From an uncultured archaeon (GTDB lineage: Archaea; Iainarchaeota; Iainarchaeia; Iainarchaeales; GCA-2688035), in contig CAYHBD010000009.1 in assembly GCA_964354805.1 (NCBI GenBank), positions 116,770 through 180,769 of the forward strand: DNA of 64,000 nucleotides, in the 5' to 3' direction. Made by a program: the position numbers and the translations under genes. Shown in pieces: positions 46,701 to 57,002 of the stretch (its first letter is position 1; each line of letters starts with the position of its first letter). The notes below the pieces were generated by a model that worked only from the letters and a program-made list of their open reading frames with translations, made no database searches and was not told where the DNA came from.

Positions 46701-49700
46701 GAAATAATAAGCGACGTACCGGACTGCACTGCGCTTGCATTAAAGGTTTGCTGCCTTGTTACCTGCTGCGGAACTGCCAAAGGCGGAAGCCCATAGCGCA
46801 GGCTGAAAACCTCTTCGCTTGCAGCATGCACATTCAGTTTTCGCATTGAGGGAAGCAACAGGTCTTCAATAAATGCAAAGCAGCCATTGTAAATCCTGCC
46901 GCTGGCAGTGCCAGCTGAAATATCATAGGTTGATTTCATTTTGGTTGGGTCATCTGGGTAGTCTGGGTCAGCCAGCCTGAAGCAAAGCCCTGAGCTGCTG
47001 TCAGTAACAATCACCCTCAGCCTCTGCAATGGCCCTTTTCTCCCGCCCCTGTCAGATTCAAACTGCGCAAACAAGTCAACAAAGTATTCGCCAATTCCAA
47101 CGCCTGGCTCTACGCTTGGCAGCTTTAGCTGCGGTTTTACATCCAATGGCATTGTACCACCAGGCGATAGAGTAAATGTGTTATCGGACAAAACCAGCTC
47201 TGATTCGAGAGTTATGTCAACATTTTCAGTGCACTCGCTTGCGCTAACTGAAAAAGTGTCGCCTTGGTCTGGACTGCCCCTGTTTACTGCAACTGTTCCT
47301 GTTTCTGGGTCTGGGTCAAAAGAAATGCAGTTGTATTCAGCGCTTGGAGTAACCTCCTGGTGCCCGACCGGGACAACAATTGTGTAAGTATTATAGCCTG
47401 CTTTTGTGACTACAAGCGTTACTTCTGTTACGCCGATTAAACTCACTGCTGGCAAAGTGAAGCTTCCATCTGCCTCGCTTGTTGTATCAACCACGCCATC
47501 ATTAGATGTGGTTAATTTAACATGCGCCCCATTGATTTTGATTGCCTGTTTTGTTGCGTCAACAACAATTCCGCTTAATGACAGGCTATCAGCTAGGTCT
47601 GAAATCATTTCAGGCAGGCCTAGTACCAGCAGCTCTTTTCCGCTCATTACAGTGAAGGCAAGTGTTGCTGAGTTTCCCCTGGCAGGCTGCCCTACATTCA
47701 GGTTAAAATCTATTTTTGTTGGCACAGGTGTCTGCCTTCTTGGGTAAATTTTCAGGTCCGAGCTCAGATCAGTGTCATTCGGGAAATCAAATGCTGGCAC
47801 TGTGAAAGCGTTTATAGGGCCAAAGTCGTCAGCAGTTTCACTGAAAGATAGCAGCCGCAGTGGCGGAACATTTGTTGCACTCAGGGAGGCAGCAGTAAAA
47901 TCGTGCCCGCTACAGTTGTAAATCCAGTAGCTCAAGGTATGCTCTGCGTTTACTGTTAACTGGAAAGATTGCTTTGGGTCAAGGGAGAGAGATGCAGTTG
48001 AACCGTTTGAATCAGTTAGTTTGAAGCCCCATGCAAAGTCAACATCCTTGCAGCTAACATCGCCTATTTTGAAAATGTGGACTTTTTCTGGTGTTGCAAC
48101 GCTGTTTCCATCCATGTTTGCCTTTGCTTTAAAATAGAAACGCAGCTCTGTTTTGTCAGCCAAACCGCCTTGGATTGCGAACTTTACAGTAATCGGCAGG
48201 ACCAAAGCGCCCCTTTTGAGATTGTAGTAAATGTTTGCCTGCTTTGCATCAAATTCTGCAGCGCAGCCGGATGGCTCTTCAAATGGGTTTGCTGAATTAC
48301 CGTTCCAGCAATTGCTCAAAACAGCTGCTCTTGCGGCAGGCGCTCTTACGCCCATTATTTTAATTCCAAAATTTGCCGGCAGTGTTCTGTCATTGTCCAA
48401 TCCAGCCCTGATATGCTGGGCAATGTCGCTGTAATCAGCATTCTCTGACAAAATCAATTCAAATCTGCCGAAATATGTTTTTTCACCTGTTTCAGCTGAT
48501 TCAATTCTTGTTGCTTCACTTTTGCAGTACCAGTCATTGCAGAATTTAATGAAGCGTGAATCAATATCTGCAATCGGCTCAATAGTGCTCCCATGCATTA
48601 ATCCAATCTCAATTGTTGTCTTGCCTTTTACAATGTCGATTTCCCTATCCCCAATTGCGCTTGCAAAGCCCTGCTTGCTTGCCCTAACAATAACAAATTT
48701 GTCTGCTTTTATCTTACTGCTCTCGCACTTTCCTGCAGCATCTGTTGTGCAGCTTGACACATTGGCATCAATAGTATTGATGAACTCAACCAACGCGCCC
48801 TGGATTTTTTCCTTTGATGCACTCTCAGCATCATATACTGTTGCTTCAACAGTGCCTTCCGCAATTACAACTGTTATATTCAAAACAATTGCCTGGCCTA
48901 TTGCAACTGCTTTCCTCTCGCTCTCGCCTGTTGCCTTAGTATCCGGGTCTTCAGCTCTTGCGAAATATGTTGCTGCGCCCAAATTGCCAAATGTACAAGC
49001 ACCGTCCTTATTCGAATCGCAGGCAATGTAATTCAAAGGGATGATTGGATACCTGTTGTCATATATCCAAACGCTTGCGCCAACCACTTTCTTTGAGTCT
49101 TCATCCAATACAACTGCAATTGCGCTTGCGCTGTTTGTTGCTGTTGCCTTTGTCAAGGCGATCTTTGTCGGCTCTGAATCAGCTGCTTCCTTTAGAGGCA
49201 GGTTTGGCTGAATCAAAGTAATGTAATCAGGGTGAACTATTACAGCAAGGTAAGCTACATTTGTATCGCTTACAGGCATTTCAACTATTCCTAGGGCATT
49301 GCTTGTCTTTGAATCAATTGGAACATTATTTTTGTAAAAGAAAACAGTTGCATCAGAAACCTTGCTTTCAGTGCCGCTTTCAACCAACTGCAGCAGAATC
49401 TTCTTTCCAGCCACAAGCTTCGGCAGTGTAAGTGAAACTGTTTCTGTTCCGCCTGCTGTTACAACAACATTTGTTTGCTGGGCTGTCCTTCCGTCAGCCG
49501 CTGTCGCGCTGACAGTATAAGTGTCCGGCTCTACCTCCGAAAAGGCTGCGCTGCCTGCTTCCAATGTTGAGCTTGAGTCAACAACAGCGTTTGTTGTGCT
49601 ATTAATCAATCTGACGGTTATATCAGGCGCATAAGTGCCATCATTGTTTTTGACAATGACATTCACAGTGCCTGTTGTGTCCGCTGTTGCGGGATAGAGT

Positions 49701-50416
49701 GTAATGTAGTTGATTTGGGCCGCAATTGTCTTGCTCTTTGTTTCATATCCATCAGCTGAAGCGGTTGCGGTTAAAACAAGGCAGTTTGTGGGCTGCATTA
49801 CCCTGAATTCAGCAGGTTCGCCGCTTTCGTTCTGCTGTGTTAAGGGGGCTGTTGCGCCGCCGCTGCAGCTGTAAGTTATTGTAACTTTCTTCTTTAGCAA
49901 ATCGCTGGTGCTTCCGTCAACCACTTTTATTGTTCTCTCAAGGGGCTGGAATACGGCTGTTATGCCTTTTAAGGTAACTTTAGTTTTTTCGCCGGCTGAA
50001 AGGGAAATTTTTTTTGCTTCATCCTCAAAGCCCTCTTTTGAAAAGGAAGCTGTTGCGCTAACTGTTTTGCCCGCTATGGCAATGTTTGCGTCTCCCCAGC
50101 TGTCGGTTGAAAGGTTTTTGTTTGCATCGCCCAAAAGCAAATTAATTGAAACGCCTTCAATTGGGTTGCTGGATTCGTCAACAACGTTTATTATTGTGCT
50201 GAAAGCAGCTGCAGGCCAGGTAAGAAGAGCGAAGAAAATAACCAAGCAAGCAATCAGGGCAATGAATAGAATAAAGGAAGGGAATGCCTTGTCAATCGGG
50301 TCAATTATTTTGTAAATCGGGACAAAGCGGTTGATTTTGTCCAGAACAGCGTAGTATCTGTCCTCCGCTGCATAATAGCCCCGCTTGAAAGAATCAATAA
50401 TGTTCAAGACAATCAA
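43751..50416 (-). CDS. Giant (2221 aa) membrane-anchored surface protein with Ig/carboxypeptidase-regulatory-like repeats
   Basis: N-terminal TM; repeated PIEGVSI/VVGASV..T..G beta-sandwich motifs; scattered Cys pairs. Confidence 0.75.
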   Translation of the reverse strand: MIVLNIIDSFKRGYYAAEDRYYAVLDKINRFVPIYKIIDPIDKAFPSFILFIALIACLVIFFALLTWPAAAFSTIINVVDESSNPIEGVSINLLLGDANKNLSTDSWGDANIAIAGKTVSATASFSKEGFEDEAKKISLSAGEKTKVTLKGITAVFQPLERTIKVVDGSTSDLLKKKVTITYSCSGGATAPLTQQNESGEPAEFRVMQPTNCLVLTATASADGYETKSKTIAAQINYITLYPATADTTGTVNVIVKNNDGTYAPDITVRLINSTTNAVVDSSSTLEAGSAAFSEVEPDTYTVSATAADGRTAQQTNVVVTAGGTETVSLTLPKLVAGKKILLQLVESGTESKVSDATVFFYKNNVPIDSKTSNALGIVEMPVSDTNVAYLAVIVHPDYITLIQPNLPLKEAADSEPTKIALTKATATNSASAIAVVLDEDSKKVVGASVWIYDNRYPIIPLNYIACDSNKDGACTFGNLGAATYFARAEDPDTKATGESERKAVAIGQAIVLNITVVIAEGTVEATVYDAESASKEKIQGALVEFINTIDANVSSCTTDAAGKCESSKIKADKFVIVRASKQGFASAIGDREIDIVKGKTTIEIGLMHGSTIEPIADIDSRFIKFCNDWYCKSEATRIESAETGEKTYFGRFELILSENADYSDIAQHIRAGLDNDRTLPANFGIKIMGVRAPAARAAVLSNCWNGNSANPFEEPSGCAAEFDAKQANIYYNLKRGALVLPITVKFAIQGGLADKTELRFYFKAKANMDGNSVATPEKVHIFKIGDVSCKDVDFAWGFKLTDSNGSTASLSLDPKQSFQLTVNAEHTLSYWIYNCSGHDFTAASLSATNVPPLRLLSFSETADDFGPINAFTVPAFDFPNDTDLSSDLKIYPRRQTPVPTKIDFNLNVGQPARGNSATLAFTVMSGKELLVLGLPEMISDLADSLSLSGIVVDATKQAIKINGAHVKLTTSNDGVVDTTSEADGSFTLPAVSLIGVTEVTLVVTKAGYNTYTIVVPVGHQEVTPSAEYNCISFDPDPETGTVAVNRGSPDQGDTFSVSASECTENVDITLESELVLSDNTFTLSPGGTMPLDVKPQLKLPSVEPGVGIGEYFVDLFAQFESDRGGRKGPLQRLRVIVTDSSSGLCFRLADPDYPDDPTKMKSTYDISAGTASGRIYNGCFAFIEDLLLPSMRKLNVHAASEEVFSLRYGLPPLAVPQQVTRQQTFNASAVQSGTSLIISVTDGGGFVTLNWVDVFMTDEKHLGDTRHRLWAHFFKGANDWLNITGMLPYEAAGAAGASKAKLKPVYPLESPFPVIDNEGWVDTDTYHPVGALYDTQVTKDPMWQAQHNVCNRNIKDVQGALGTCRVGDYFGGKAVQPYAVGSMADKIKLEVDGDNTKITQIKWHYTNTDPNHADPSNPSVGIIDFDVINNSLVGETYALVEVEDSVIGSGVASQQLDFNWRLTQTKYNEGTKTITQLSGVEQLPAAEMLAVSVNENATKKFRHYLNPDANLGNALNDLGSAEVRLGVIRIKISAPQDTTISVKFYSGNDWYNVEGLAGGDQISVDSGEKEYVLQLPAAPTVKLVAIINGGSSVGISVDEIKFEINYKDQVGLPDSSQSGMSRIEAGETSHSFEIIPSIIASPPAFNLVEYRIEDDREGVATYFNDTKTPTTERRAGDTALLEVIAMASSLGVNEVTGKELFHIRLKGAEQRGCVGYNGLSGQTGYIAKPRVLLSWDWNAIAIDSCDANNLNYIYCDPTQFSISLVKRLEAIKQLAALDQIANADAINRLRWFNAYLIEDNFSPDFRNDFNIYYSKKAFGGPLQGLHRLGSCWDEYFTSADQMHFKRIMPDGSEIEGAPIEAGLYEVFLEFAFDGDQFDFFFDSQDCPITADITVKFRKLQAPAIYSPFYYLPFNGNLGEETNATTGQTRYDRVGYGLRFNNTGQPLLLTSDLSEDAVLTESTSGARPAMPIKTEKITDLNSINFSGKGMILEIATDLSEIKFAPSIATPLLAALLPEQDGKVEAYYYLTRWPSGETIASPVQSFMNLWTGSGSSMRDSSATCKDYSNSSLPFMAADNKAPRGSCAAVAEKENSYGYSFTGAQPGQLYYESVFFVPFGEAINLHSACENKKSVFYSPVDSTIGGSPVSISKIDAAKAISSVQDVINLVNDEYVCVTTASDSIKFWWNPQKVLGELDSRKGAIATALNKTWENDLACTVSVGR

Positions 50417-50612
50417 CTCATCTAATATTATATATGCAATATTATAAATTCAGTTAATAGAATGCTTTTTTCTATTAATAAATTTTTGTATAACCCCCCT
50501 GTTTGCTGCCTAACCCCTAACCAGCTGTTATATTCTTCCCGCTGCCGAGTTTGCTGCTTAAGCAGCCTCTCAACCATACTTTTATATTGTACTTCTGCTT
50601 TTTCTTAATTTA

Positions 50613-52088
50613 ATGGTATTCGAAGTCATTCCCCTGACAACAATCGGCGTAATAATAGTGATTGCGCTGGGCATTAGCATATTCGTAAAAAAGCTCGGGC
50701 AGAATGAAGTGATTGGCTTCATTTTGGCAGGATTCCTGCTCGGCCCTTTCTGGCTTGGGTTTTTGCGCCCAACTGATGCGCTTGTAAGCGGTTTCGCTGA
50801 ATTGGGCTTATTTATTTTATTGTTTTATTTGGGAATAGAGCTGTCATGGAAAGAGTTTCTGGCAGCAGGCTCAACAGTATTCGGCTTGGCAATAATCGAC
50901 ATGCTGCTGATAACCGGCGTTGGCACGGCAATACTGCTGCTGCTTGGCTACAGCCTGTTTTTTTCAATAGTTGTTGCTGCAATGCTGTCAAACACAAGCA
51001 CTGCCCTTGTGGCAAAATTCATAATCGACAAAAACCTGTTGAAAAACAATGCGGCAAAAGTGGCTTTGTCAATAAACGTATTGCAGGACTTTTTGGGAAT
51101 CCTTTTGCTTGTTTTCCTCACAAGCATGGCAGGCAGCGGCAAGACAAATCCTTTAAGCATTGCGCTGATTGCGCTTGTGTTTGCCACAAGCGCTTTTTAC
51201 GCAGTGCACAGGCTGACAAGAATAGTGGAAGCGTGGATGAAAAAAAACAATTTTGGGCACGCCCAGATAACGCTTTATGCATTGGGCATTGGCCTTATTG
51301 TTTCAACCATGGGAAGCGCGCTCGGCCTCTCAACAGCAATCGGGGCATACTTTGCGGGATTTGCATTGAGCGAAACAAGCTCAGGGAAAAAAATAAAGCG
51401 GGATGTCATTTTCCTTGTGGACTTCTTCCTGGTTTTCTTCTTCGTTGGATTTGGCACAACGATTTTCTTCGACACAACAATAAACAGCATTGTATTGCCC
51501 TCGCTCGGGGAATTTTCTTGGATAGCGGCATTGGCCATTGGATTAAGTTTGCTTGTGGTATTAGCGCACTCGTTTTCAACAAGAATTTTCGGGACATTAT
51601 TCGGATTGAACGCCGAAGATGCCAGCCTTTCGGCAATACTGCTGTTCCCGCTTGGGGAATTCCTGATAGTTATTTCAACCGTTGCAAAAGGCATTGTGCC
51701 TGCAGCTGAAGCCAAAATGGTGGGCGCGCTGGCGTTCCTCCTGATAATAATAACACTGCTTGTATTCCAGCCGGTGTATGAATTCAGGCGCTTGCACCAG
51801 AGGCTGTTCAGCGTAATCCCAAGATTTCCTGCGCCAAAGCAAACAACAATAAAGCAGCATACGCCTTACACAATCAGGCAGGCGAAAAAAATCGCGCTAA
51901 ACCTGTTCATAGTGCTTTGCCTTGCAGCAATCACTGTACAATTATACAAAACCCTGCCAAACATCGGTATTCCGGTAATTTACAGCAGGCAGTTCACGGC
52001 AGTCATTGTTTTCGCTTTTTTTGCAGCAACCCCATTTTTCACTGCACTGAGGGCATTTAAAAGAATAGTAAAACAATCAACGCACTAA
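50613..52088 (+). CDS. Cation:proton antiporter (CPA2/KefB-like)
   Basis: GFILAGFLLGP, AELGLFILLFYLGIE, QDFLGI, GAYFAG, GEF. Confidence 0.88.
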   Translation: MVFEVIPLTTIGVIIVIALGISIFVKKLGQNEVIGFILAGFLLGPFWLGFLRPTDALVSGFAELGLFILLFYLGIELSWKEFLAAGSTVFGLAIIDMLLITGVGTAILLLLGYSLFFSIVVAAMLSNTSTALVAKFIIDKNLLKNNAAKVALSINVLQDFLGILLLVFLTSMAGSGKTNPLSIALIALVFATSAFYAVHRLTRIVEAWMKKNNFGHAQITLYALGIGLIVSTMGSALGLSTAIGAYFAGFALSETSSGKKIKRDVIFLVDFFLVFFFVGFGTTIFFDTTINSIVLPSLGEFSWIAALAIGLSLLVVLAHSFSTRIFGTLFGLNAEDASLSAILLFPLGEFLIVISTVAKGIVPAAEAKMVGALAFLLIIITLLVFQPVYEFRRLHQRLFSVIPRFPAPKQTTIKQHTPYTIRQAKKIALNLFIVLCLAAITVQLYKTLPNIGIPVIYSRQFTAVIVFAFFAATPFFTALRAFKRIVKQSTH

Positions 52089-52094
52089 ACAAAA

Positions 52095-54218
52095 TCAATC
52101 CCCTGCTTTTTGCCCCTTGCGCTGACCGATTTCTGCTTTCACTTTTGCTGCAACTGCCTCGCCCAGAATTCTGCCCAAATCCCTTTCATCCACTTTGCGC
52201 AAATCGGCAATTGTCCTGATGTTGCTTCTCCACAAGCGCCTTGCCCTAACCCTTCCAATATGGCGCACCTCGGTTAAGAAAACCAGTTCCTCTTTCACGC
52301 CGTGCTTTAACCTCTTCCTCAGCTTTGACAAGGGAGCAAAATGCTGCTCTAACCCAAGCAGTTTCGCTAACTCAAGCGCGCTGTAGCCAATCCAATCGCA
52401 CTGCAGCAGCTTGCTGTGCAGGATTCCGGGCTGGGTGTTGAATTCATCCATTATCTGCTGCTCCCTTGCCTCCTCAATCCATTGCTCAAACAACAGGGCG
52501 GTATTGAATTTTGCAGCCAAATTCAAGTCAAGAAACATTTCCCTTTCAACATCAACAGGGATTTCCCTCTTCCTCAGCTGCAGCTGCTCCCACAATTCAA
52601 CTTCCTTGCTTTTAGCAACGCTCAGCCAGGGCATCATTTCACTGCAATTGCTGAAAATAAACAAATAGGAAAAAGGGCTGAATTTTTTCTCTGTTTTCAG
52701 CGCATTAATCAAATCAAAAGCACTCAAAGGATCGATATACAATTCGCTCACCCTCACGCCGAGCCGTGTTGCGCTGATTCGCTTTGCATCAGCAACAATG
52801 AATCCTATTTCCTGCAGTTCTTTCAGAATATTCTGCACTTTCTCGAATAATTCCTGCAGATCCCCAAACTGCAAAGCGTAAAAAGTCTTTTTGAAAAACT
52901 GCTCCATGCTCGGCAAATCAAAAACAAAGTTGCTTGCAATCAAGCCAAGCAAATGCATTCTCAGAATTGGCTCAATTCCAAGCATTGATTCAACTGGCTC
53001 AATTTCTCCATTAATGAAATGCTGCATTAATTCCTCTGCCTCTGATTCGCTCCTCGCAATAACAATGCCCCTGCCCTCGGTGTCATATTTTGGCCTTCCA
53101 GCCCTGCCAATCTGCTGCTTGAATTCGCCGACACTTATTCTCTGCATTCCAAGCTCAGTGTACCTGTAAAGCGAGGGAATGACTACCGTGTGGGAAGGCA
53201 GATTTACTCCAGCTGCCAGAGTTGGCGTGGCACTAATCACCTTCAGCTTGTTCTCCCTGAAAGAATCCTCTACAATTGAGCGCTGCTTTTGCATCAGCCC
53301 TGCATGGTGGAATGCAACGCCCTTTGCAATCAAATCGGAAAGGCGCCTGCACTGCTCTGTGGGAATCTCCAGGGCATTCAGTGCCTTTTCGCTTTCCTTT
53401 TGCAGCACCTTTTTTTCGTTTTCACTCAAATTTTTTTCAACAAATGCCGCTAATTCCTTTGCAATGCCCTCTGCCCTCTTTCTCGTGTTTGCAAAAACCA
53501 TTGCCTGCTTTTTCTTTTCAAACAAAGTGTCCTTAATCAATGCACTTAAAGCGCTTTCCCCCTCAATATGCTCCTTTTCTCCGCCCTTATACTCAACCTC
53601 TTCATTAAAATAAACCCCTTCGCGCAATGGAATTGGCCTGAAATCGCTTTCAATTAATTCAGCATTCAGCCATTCTGCAATCTCTTTTGCATTTGGAATT
53701 GTTGCACTCAAGGCAAGCAACTGCATTTTTGGATTCAATTGCAGGAGCTTGGTTGCGCCGACCTCAAGCGTTGGCCCTCTATTGCTGCCCAGAATATGCA
53801 CTTCGTCTATCACAAGCAATCCAACCGAGCTCAGCCAGTCTGCCCTGTGCCTCAGCAGGGAATCGCATTTTTCATATGTCACGAAAATTAAGTCATAGTT
53901 CTGCAGGTATTTGCTGCTGCTGTCCAAATCTCCTGTGCTCAAGGCAACCCTAATGCCCAATTCCCTTGAATATTTCCGCTTAAATTCGCCGAAATGCTCT
54001 GCAGCAAGCGCCCTGAGGGGGCAGGTGTAAACAACCTTTCTTTTCTTGTTAACAATGCAGTTCAATGCAGCAATCTCTGCAATCAGTGTTTTTCCGCTTG
54101 CAGTTGGGGCACTGATTACCAGGTTCTTTTCAGGCCAATTCTTTTTCAATGCAGCCAACTGCATTTCATTGAACTGGCTGAACCCGCTCAACTGCAAAAC
54201 CCTTTTTTCCACATCCAT
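52095..54218 (-). CDS. hel308: Ski2-like DNA helicase Hel308/Hjm
   Basis: APTASGKT, DEVH, LSAT, FHHAGL, TPTLAAGVNLP, QIGRAGRP, IGRVRARRL; likely start ATG 54218 (MDVEK). Confidence 0.92.
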   Translation of the reverse strand: MDVEKRVLQLSGFSQFNEMQLAALKKNWPEKNLVISAPTASGKTLIAEIAALNCIVNKKRKVVYTCPLRALAAEHFGEFKRKYSRELGIRVALSTGDLDSSSKYLQNYDLIFVTYEKCDSLLRHRADWLSSVGLLVIDEVHILGSNRGPTLEVGATKLLQLNPKMQLLALSATIPNAKEIAEWLNAELIESDFRPIPLREGVYFNEEVEYKGGEKEHIEGESALSALIKDTLFEKKKQAMVFANTRKRAEGIAKELAAFVEKNLSENEKKVLQKESEKALNALEIPTEQCRRLSDLIAKGVAFHHAGLMQKQRSIVEDSFRENKLKVISATPTLAAGVNLPSHTVVIPSLYRYTELGMQRISVGEFKQQIGRAGRPKYDTEGRGIVIARSESEAEELMQHFINGEIEPVESMLGIEPILRMHLLGLIASNFVFDLPSMEQFFKKTFYALQFGDLQELFEKVQNILKELQEIGFIVADAKRISATRLGVRVSELYIDPLSAFDLINALKTEKKFSPFSYLFIFSNCSEMMPWLSVAKSKEVELWEQLQLRKREIPVDVEREMFLDLNLAAKFNTALLFEQWIEEAREQQIMDEFNTQPGILHSKLLQCDWIGYSALELAKLLGLEQHFAPLSKLRKRLKHGVKEELVFLTEVRHIGRVRARRLWRSNIRTIADLRKVDERDLGRILGEAVAAKVKAEIGQRKGQKAGD

Positions 54219-54429
54219 AATACTAAATTGATTGAAAAACAAGCTATAAAAAGAATTGGAAAGAGCGGGGTGCCGCTGAAAAGCCTTTTCTTTAAGCCTT
54301 TCTTTAGAAAAGAAAAGCCTTGACACAATATCAAGCAATGAAAGAAAAGGAAATATTTTGATGCTTGATATTGTGTGTGAAAAGAAAAATAGAATCACGG
54401 CAAAAAAATAATTGCAAGAAAAGGGCAAT

Positions 54430-56796
54430 TCAATGCCTTTTCCTTTCAAACAAAACAATTGCAAGCACAACGCAGGCAACCAAAGGCAGCAGAAATTCGC
54501 TCAACTCAGGGGTTGGAATGGGCCTGATGATGGAAAAAGGCAAAGATTCGCTGTCATCAGCCTGTGTACCAGGAGGAACTGGAATGCCTTGATAAACAGA
54601 AGCAACCAGCTTATAGTCGCCAACAGGCAAAGAAGCAGAATCCAAATCGCTGACAAAATCTAAAGGGCAAGTGCCACCGGCAGCTAAATCTGAACAATTT
54701 TTTTCAACAACAGAAAACCCTGCAATTGGGGAATTGCTAAGCGAATCCAAAACCTGCAACAGAACAGTTGCATCAACAGGGGCAGAGCCAATGTTCTGCA
54801 CAGAAACAGAAAGCATGCTGAAATCAGTGCCTGAAACCAGCAGCAAAGGCTCCGTCCCCCCAGCTACAACACAACGCGCACTATTGCAAGCAGTAAAATC
54901 AACAATTCGCAAAAGTGGGGTTGGGGGTGGCGGGGCAGCGTTAACAGTTACACTTGCTGGTTGACAGGAGATACTGCCAGCTGCTGCACTTATTGAATAT
55001 GTGATTTGGGTTGCAACAGCACCATATAAACAATCGAAGGACGCAACACCCGAACTGATTGTACTGTTCCCAGTAGCTCCATTACCGCAATCAAAATCAA
55101 CCGATAACCTATCTGCATTCTCAAATTCTGCTGTGAGCTTGGAAGTAAACGGTCCAAAGCTAGCGCTTGGAGCAGCAGTCAAAGAAGTGCAGCTTGAAAC
55201 TGGGACTGCGCTCACTGTAACTTGAACAGTGTCAAAAGCAGGCCCCCCTGAAATGTCTGTAACCTCCAATTTGAAAATGTAAACCTCTCCAACTGCGCCG
55301 GCTGTAAAGGTAGCTGTTTTTCCCTTGCTTTGACCAACGCCAATTAATGTCAGAGTTGGACAGGAAGCAGGTGAAAAGGTATCACAACTCCAGTCATAGC
55401 TTAAACAGCCATCACCATCTCCAGCCGGGCAAACTTCTGGGTCATAAGAAGGCAAATTGTCAGCATCAGTCCCATCAACATTTGAAGTCAAGGTAACAAA
55501 AGCAGTAAGTAGAACAGTTTGGTCATTGCCAGCGTCAGCAACAGGCAAGTCATTAACAGCGATTGCTTGCTTGGCTTCACCTTTTTGCCTAATACTGTCA
55601 ATAGCTGTTAAGACAGCTTCAAAAGGGCCTGCTGCATATAAATGAATTATTCCACTAGTGAAATTTACTGCTGAACTTCCATCGCCGAAATCAATCTCAC
55701 AACTCTGCAAGTCAGCCATTGGATTATCAGCGCAGCCTCCAGTAAAAGTAACTCTCAAAGGAGCATTACCACTTGTTATATCAGCAGTTAATTGCGCAAC
55801 AGGAACCGGATTCGGCGGAACATTAACACTGATAAGTTCGCTGTCATCATCAGTCAAGCTAACATTGTCAGTAGCAGTTAAAACAGCAAGATAACTGCCA
55901 TTATTATTATACTGATGGGTGATTCCATTGGTAAAATTTGCAGGAGTGCTTCCATCGCCGAAATCAATTATACAGCTTGTTAATTTATTTTCAGGGTCAG
56001 CGCAACCGCCGCTAAAAGTGACATCCAAAGGCGCATTGCTGCTTGTTGGATTAGCATTGAGGGTTGCACTTGGTGGGCAATTGCACGCTACAGAGGGAGC
56101 GCAAATGCAGCCTGCACCGCAATCTTGGATAAGCATTTCTTGAGTTTGGGCAATGGTATCAAAGCACTGGTCAGCAGAGCAGCCCCTGTCATGATAGTCC
56201 CTGCTGTGATAAATGTCATTATTTTTGCAATAGTTTGCACTCCAATTGCCCCAATCATCATCGCCGCAATCTTGCCTTATGCCTTCCTTTACATTGCAAC
56301 TGTTATACCACCACCTGTCATCTTGGTAGCATTGCGAATAGGCATTAGAAGTGCACACGCAGTTAGCTTGGTTTGAGCGCGACGTGCGATCATACCCGCT
56401 ATACCAGTTTATTGTGTTTCCATTTAAAGAAAGATTCGAAATAGTATAGCCTGGTCCGTAGGCTTCCAGCCAATTTAAATTGTTGCTGTTTGCACAAACC
56501 TTAGCAAGCCCGTATCTAGGAGACGCTGTCCCAGGGTCTTGTACAATAATGAATGCAGCGTATTGGTTTGCTTCGTTGCACTGGAAATCAGGAAAAGTAA
56601 ACGGGGCATCAGCTAAATCTTCAGTTACGTAGGAAGAGCAGCCAACGCTACATCTGATTCGCAGCTGGTGAAGCTGGGAGCCACCCGGGTCAAATACGCT
56701 GTAGGTCCAAGTGTGACTGCCGCATGTTTTTGTAGCAGCAGCTGCAAACTGCGCAAACAACAGCACGGCAAATGCAAGCAATAGTATTTTCTTCAT
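54430..56796 (-). CDS. PKD-domain surface protein with PEF-CTERM-like tail
   Basis: Signal peptide; APLDVTF..DFGDG PKD repeats; tail PIPTPELSEFLLPLVACVVLAIVLFERKRH. Confidence 0.82.
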   Translation of the reverse strand: MKKILLLAFAVLLFAQFAAAATKTCGSHTWTYSVFDPGGSQLHQLRIRCSVGCSSYVTEDLADAPFTFPDFQCNEANQYAAFIIVQDPGTASPRYGLAKVCANSNNLNWLEAYGPGYTISNLSLNGNTINWYSGYDRTSRSNQANCVCTSNAYSQCYQDDRWWYNSCNVKEGIRQDCGDDDWGNWSANYCKNNDIYHSRDYHDRGCSADQCFDTIAQTQEMLIQDCGAGCICAPSVACNCPPSATLNANPTSSNAPLDVTFSGGCADPENKLTSCIIDFGDGSTPANFTNGITHQYNNNGSYLAVLTATDNVSLTDDDSELISVNVPPNPVPVAQLTADITSGNAPLRVTFTGGCADNPMADLQSCEIDFGDGSSAVNFTSGIIHLYAAGPFEAVLTAIDSIRQKGEAKQAIAVNDLPVADAGNDQTVLLTAFVTLTSNVDGTDADNLPSYDPEVCPAGDGDGCLSYDWSCDTFSPASCPTLTLIGVGQSKGKTATFTAGAVGEVYIFKLEVTDISGGPAFDTVQVTVSAVPVSSCTSLTAAPSASFGPFTSKLTAEFENADRLSVDFDCGNGATGNSTISSGVASFDCLYGAVATQITYSISAAAGSISCQPASVTVNAAPPPPTPLLRIVDFTACNSARCVVAGGTEPLLLVSGTDFSMLSVSVQNIGSAPVDATVLLQVLDSLSNSPIAGFSVVEKNCSDLAAGGTCPLDFVSDLDSASLPVGDYKLVASVYQGIPVPPGTQADDSESLPFSIIRPIPTPELSEFLLPLVACVVLAIVLFERKRH

Positions 56797-56884
56797 TTTA
56801 TTAAAGAAGGGCTTTTGTCATATTTAAAGCTAATTATAAGGCTCTTGCCAAGTTGTTTTGAAAAAAAAACGGGTTTTTTTAATT

Positions 56885-56974
56885 ATATCAAAAGACATTA
56901 ATCAGGGTATTTTTTGAATGTCTTTTGATATTTATCAAAGGACAAAAATAATTGTATAAAATTGTCCTTTGATA
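56885..56974. promoter_or_regulatory. Four alternating copies of TATCAAARGACA (tandem inverted repeats)
   Basis: 15-bp arms 56885-56899/56917-56931 and 13-bp arms 56933-56945/56962-56974. Confidence 0.6.
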
Positions 56975-57002
56975 TTAAAGAGAAACAGCAAAAGCAGGTT
57001 TT

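Noticed and set aside
54219-54479. 87-aa N-terminal extension of Hel308 in the ORF track
   Set aside because: It overlaps the upstream gene, and homology starts at MDVEK (ATG 54218).
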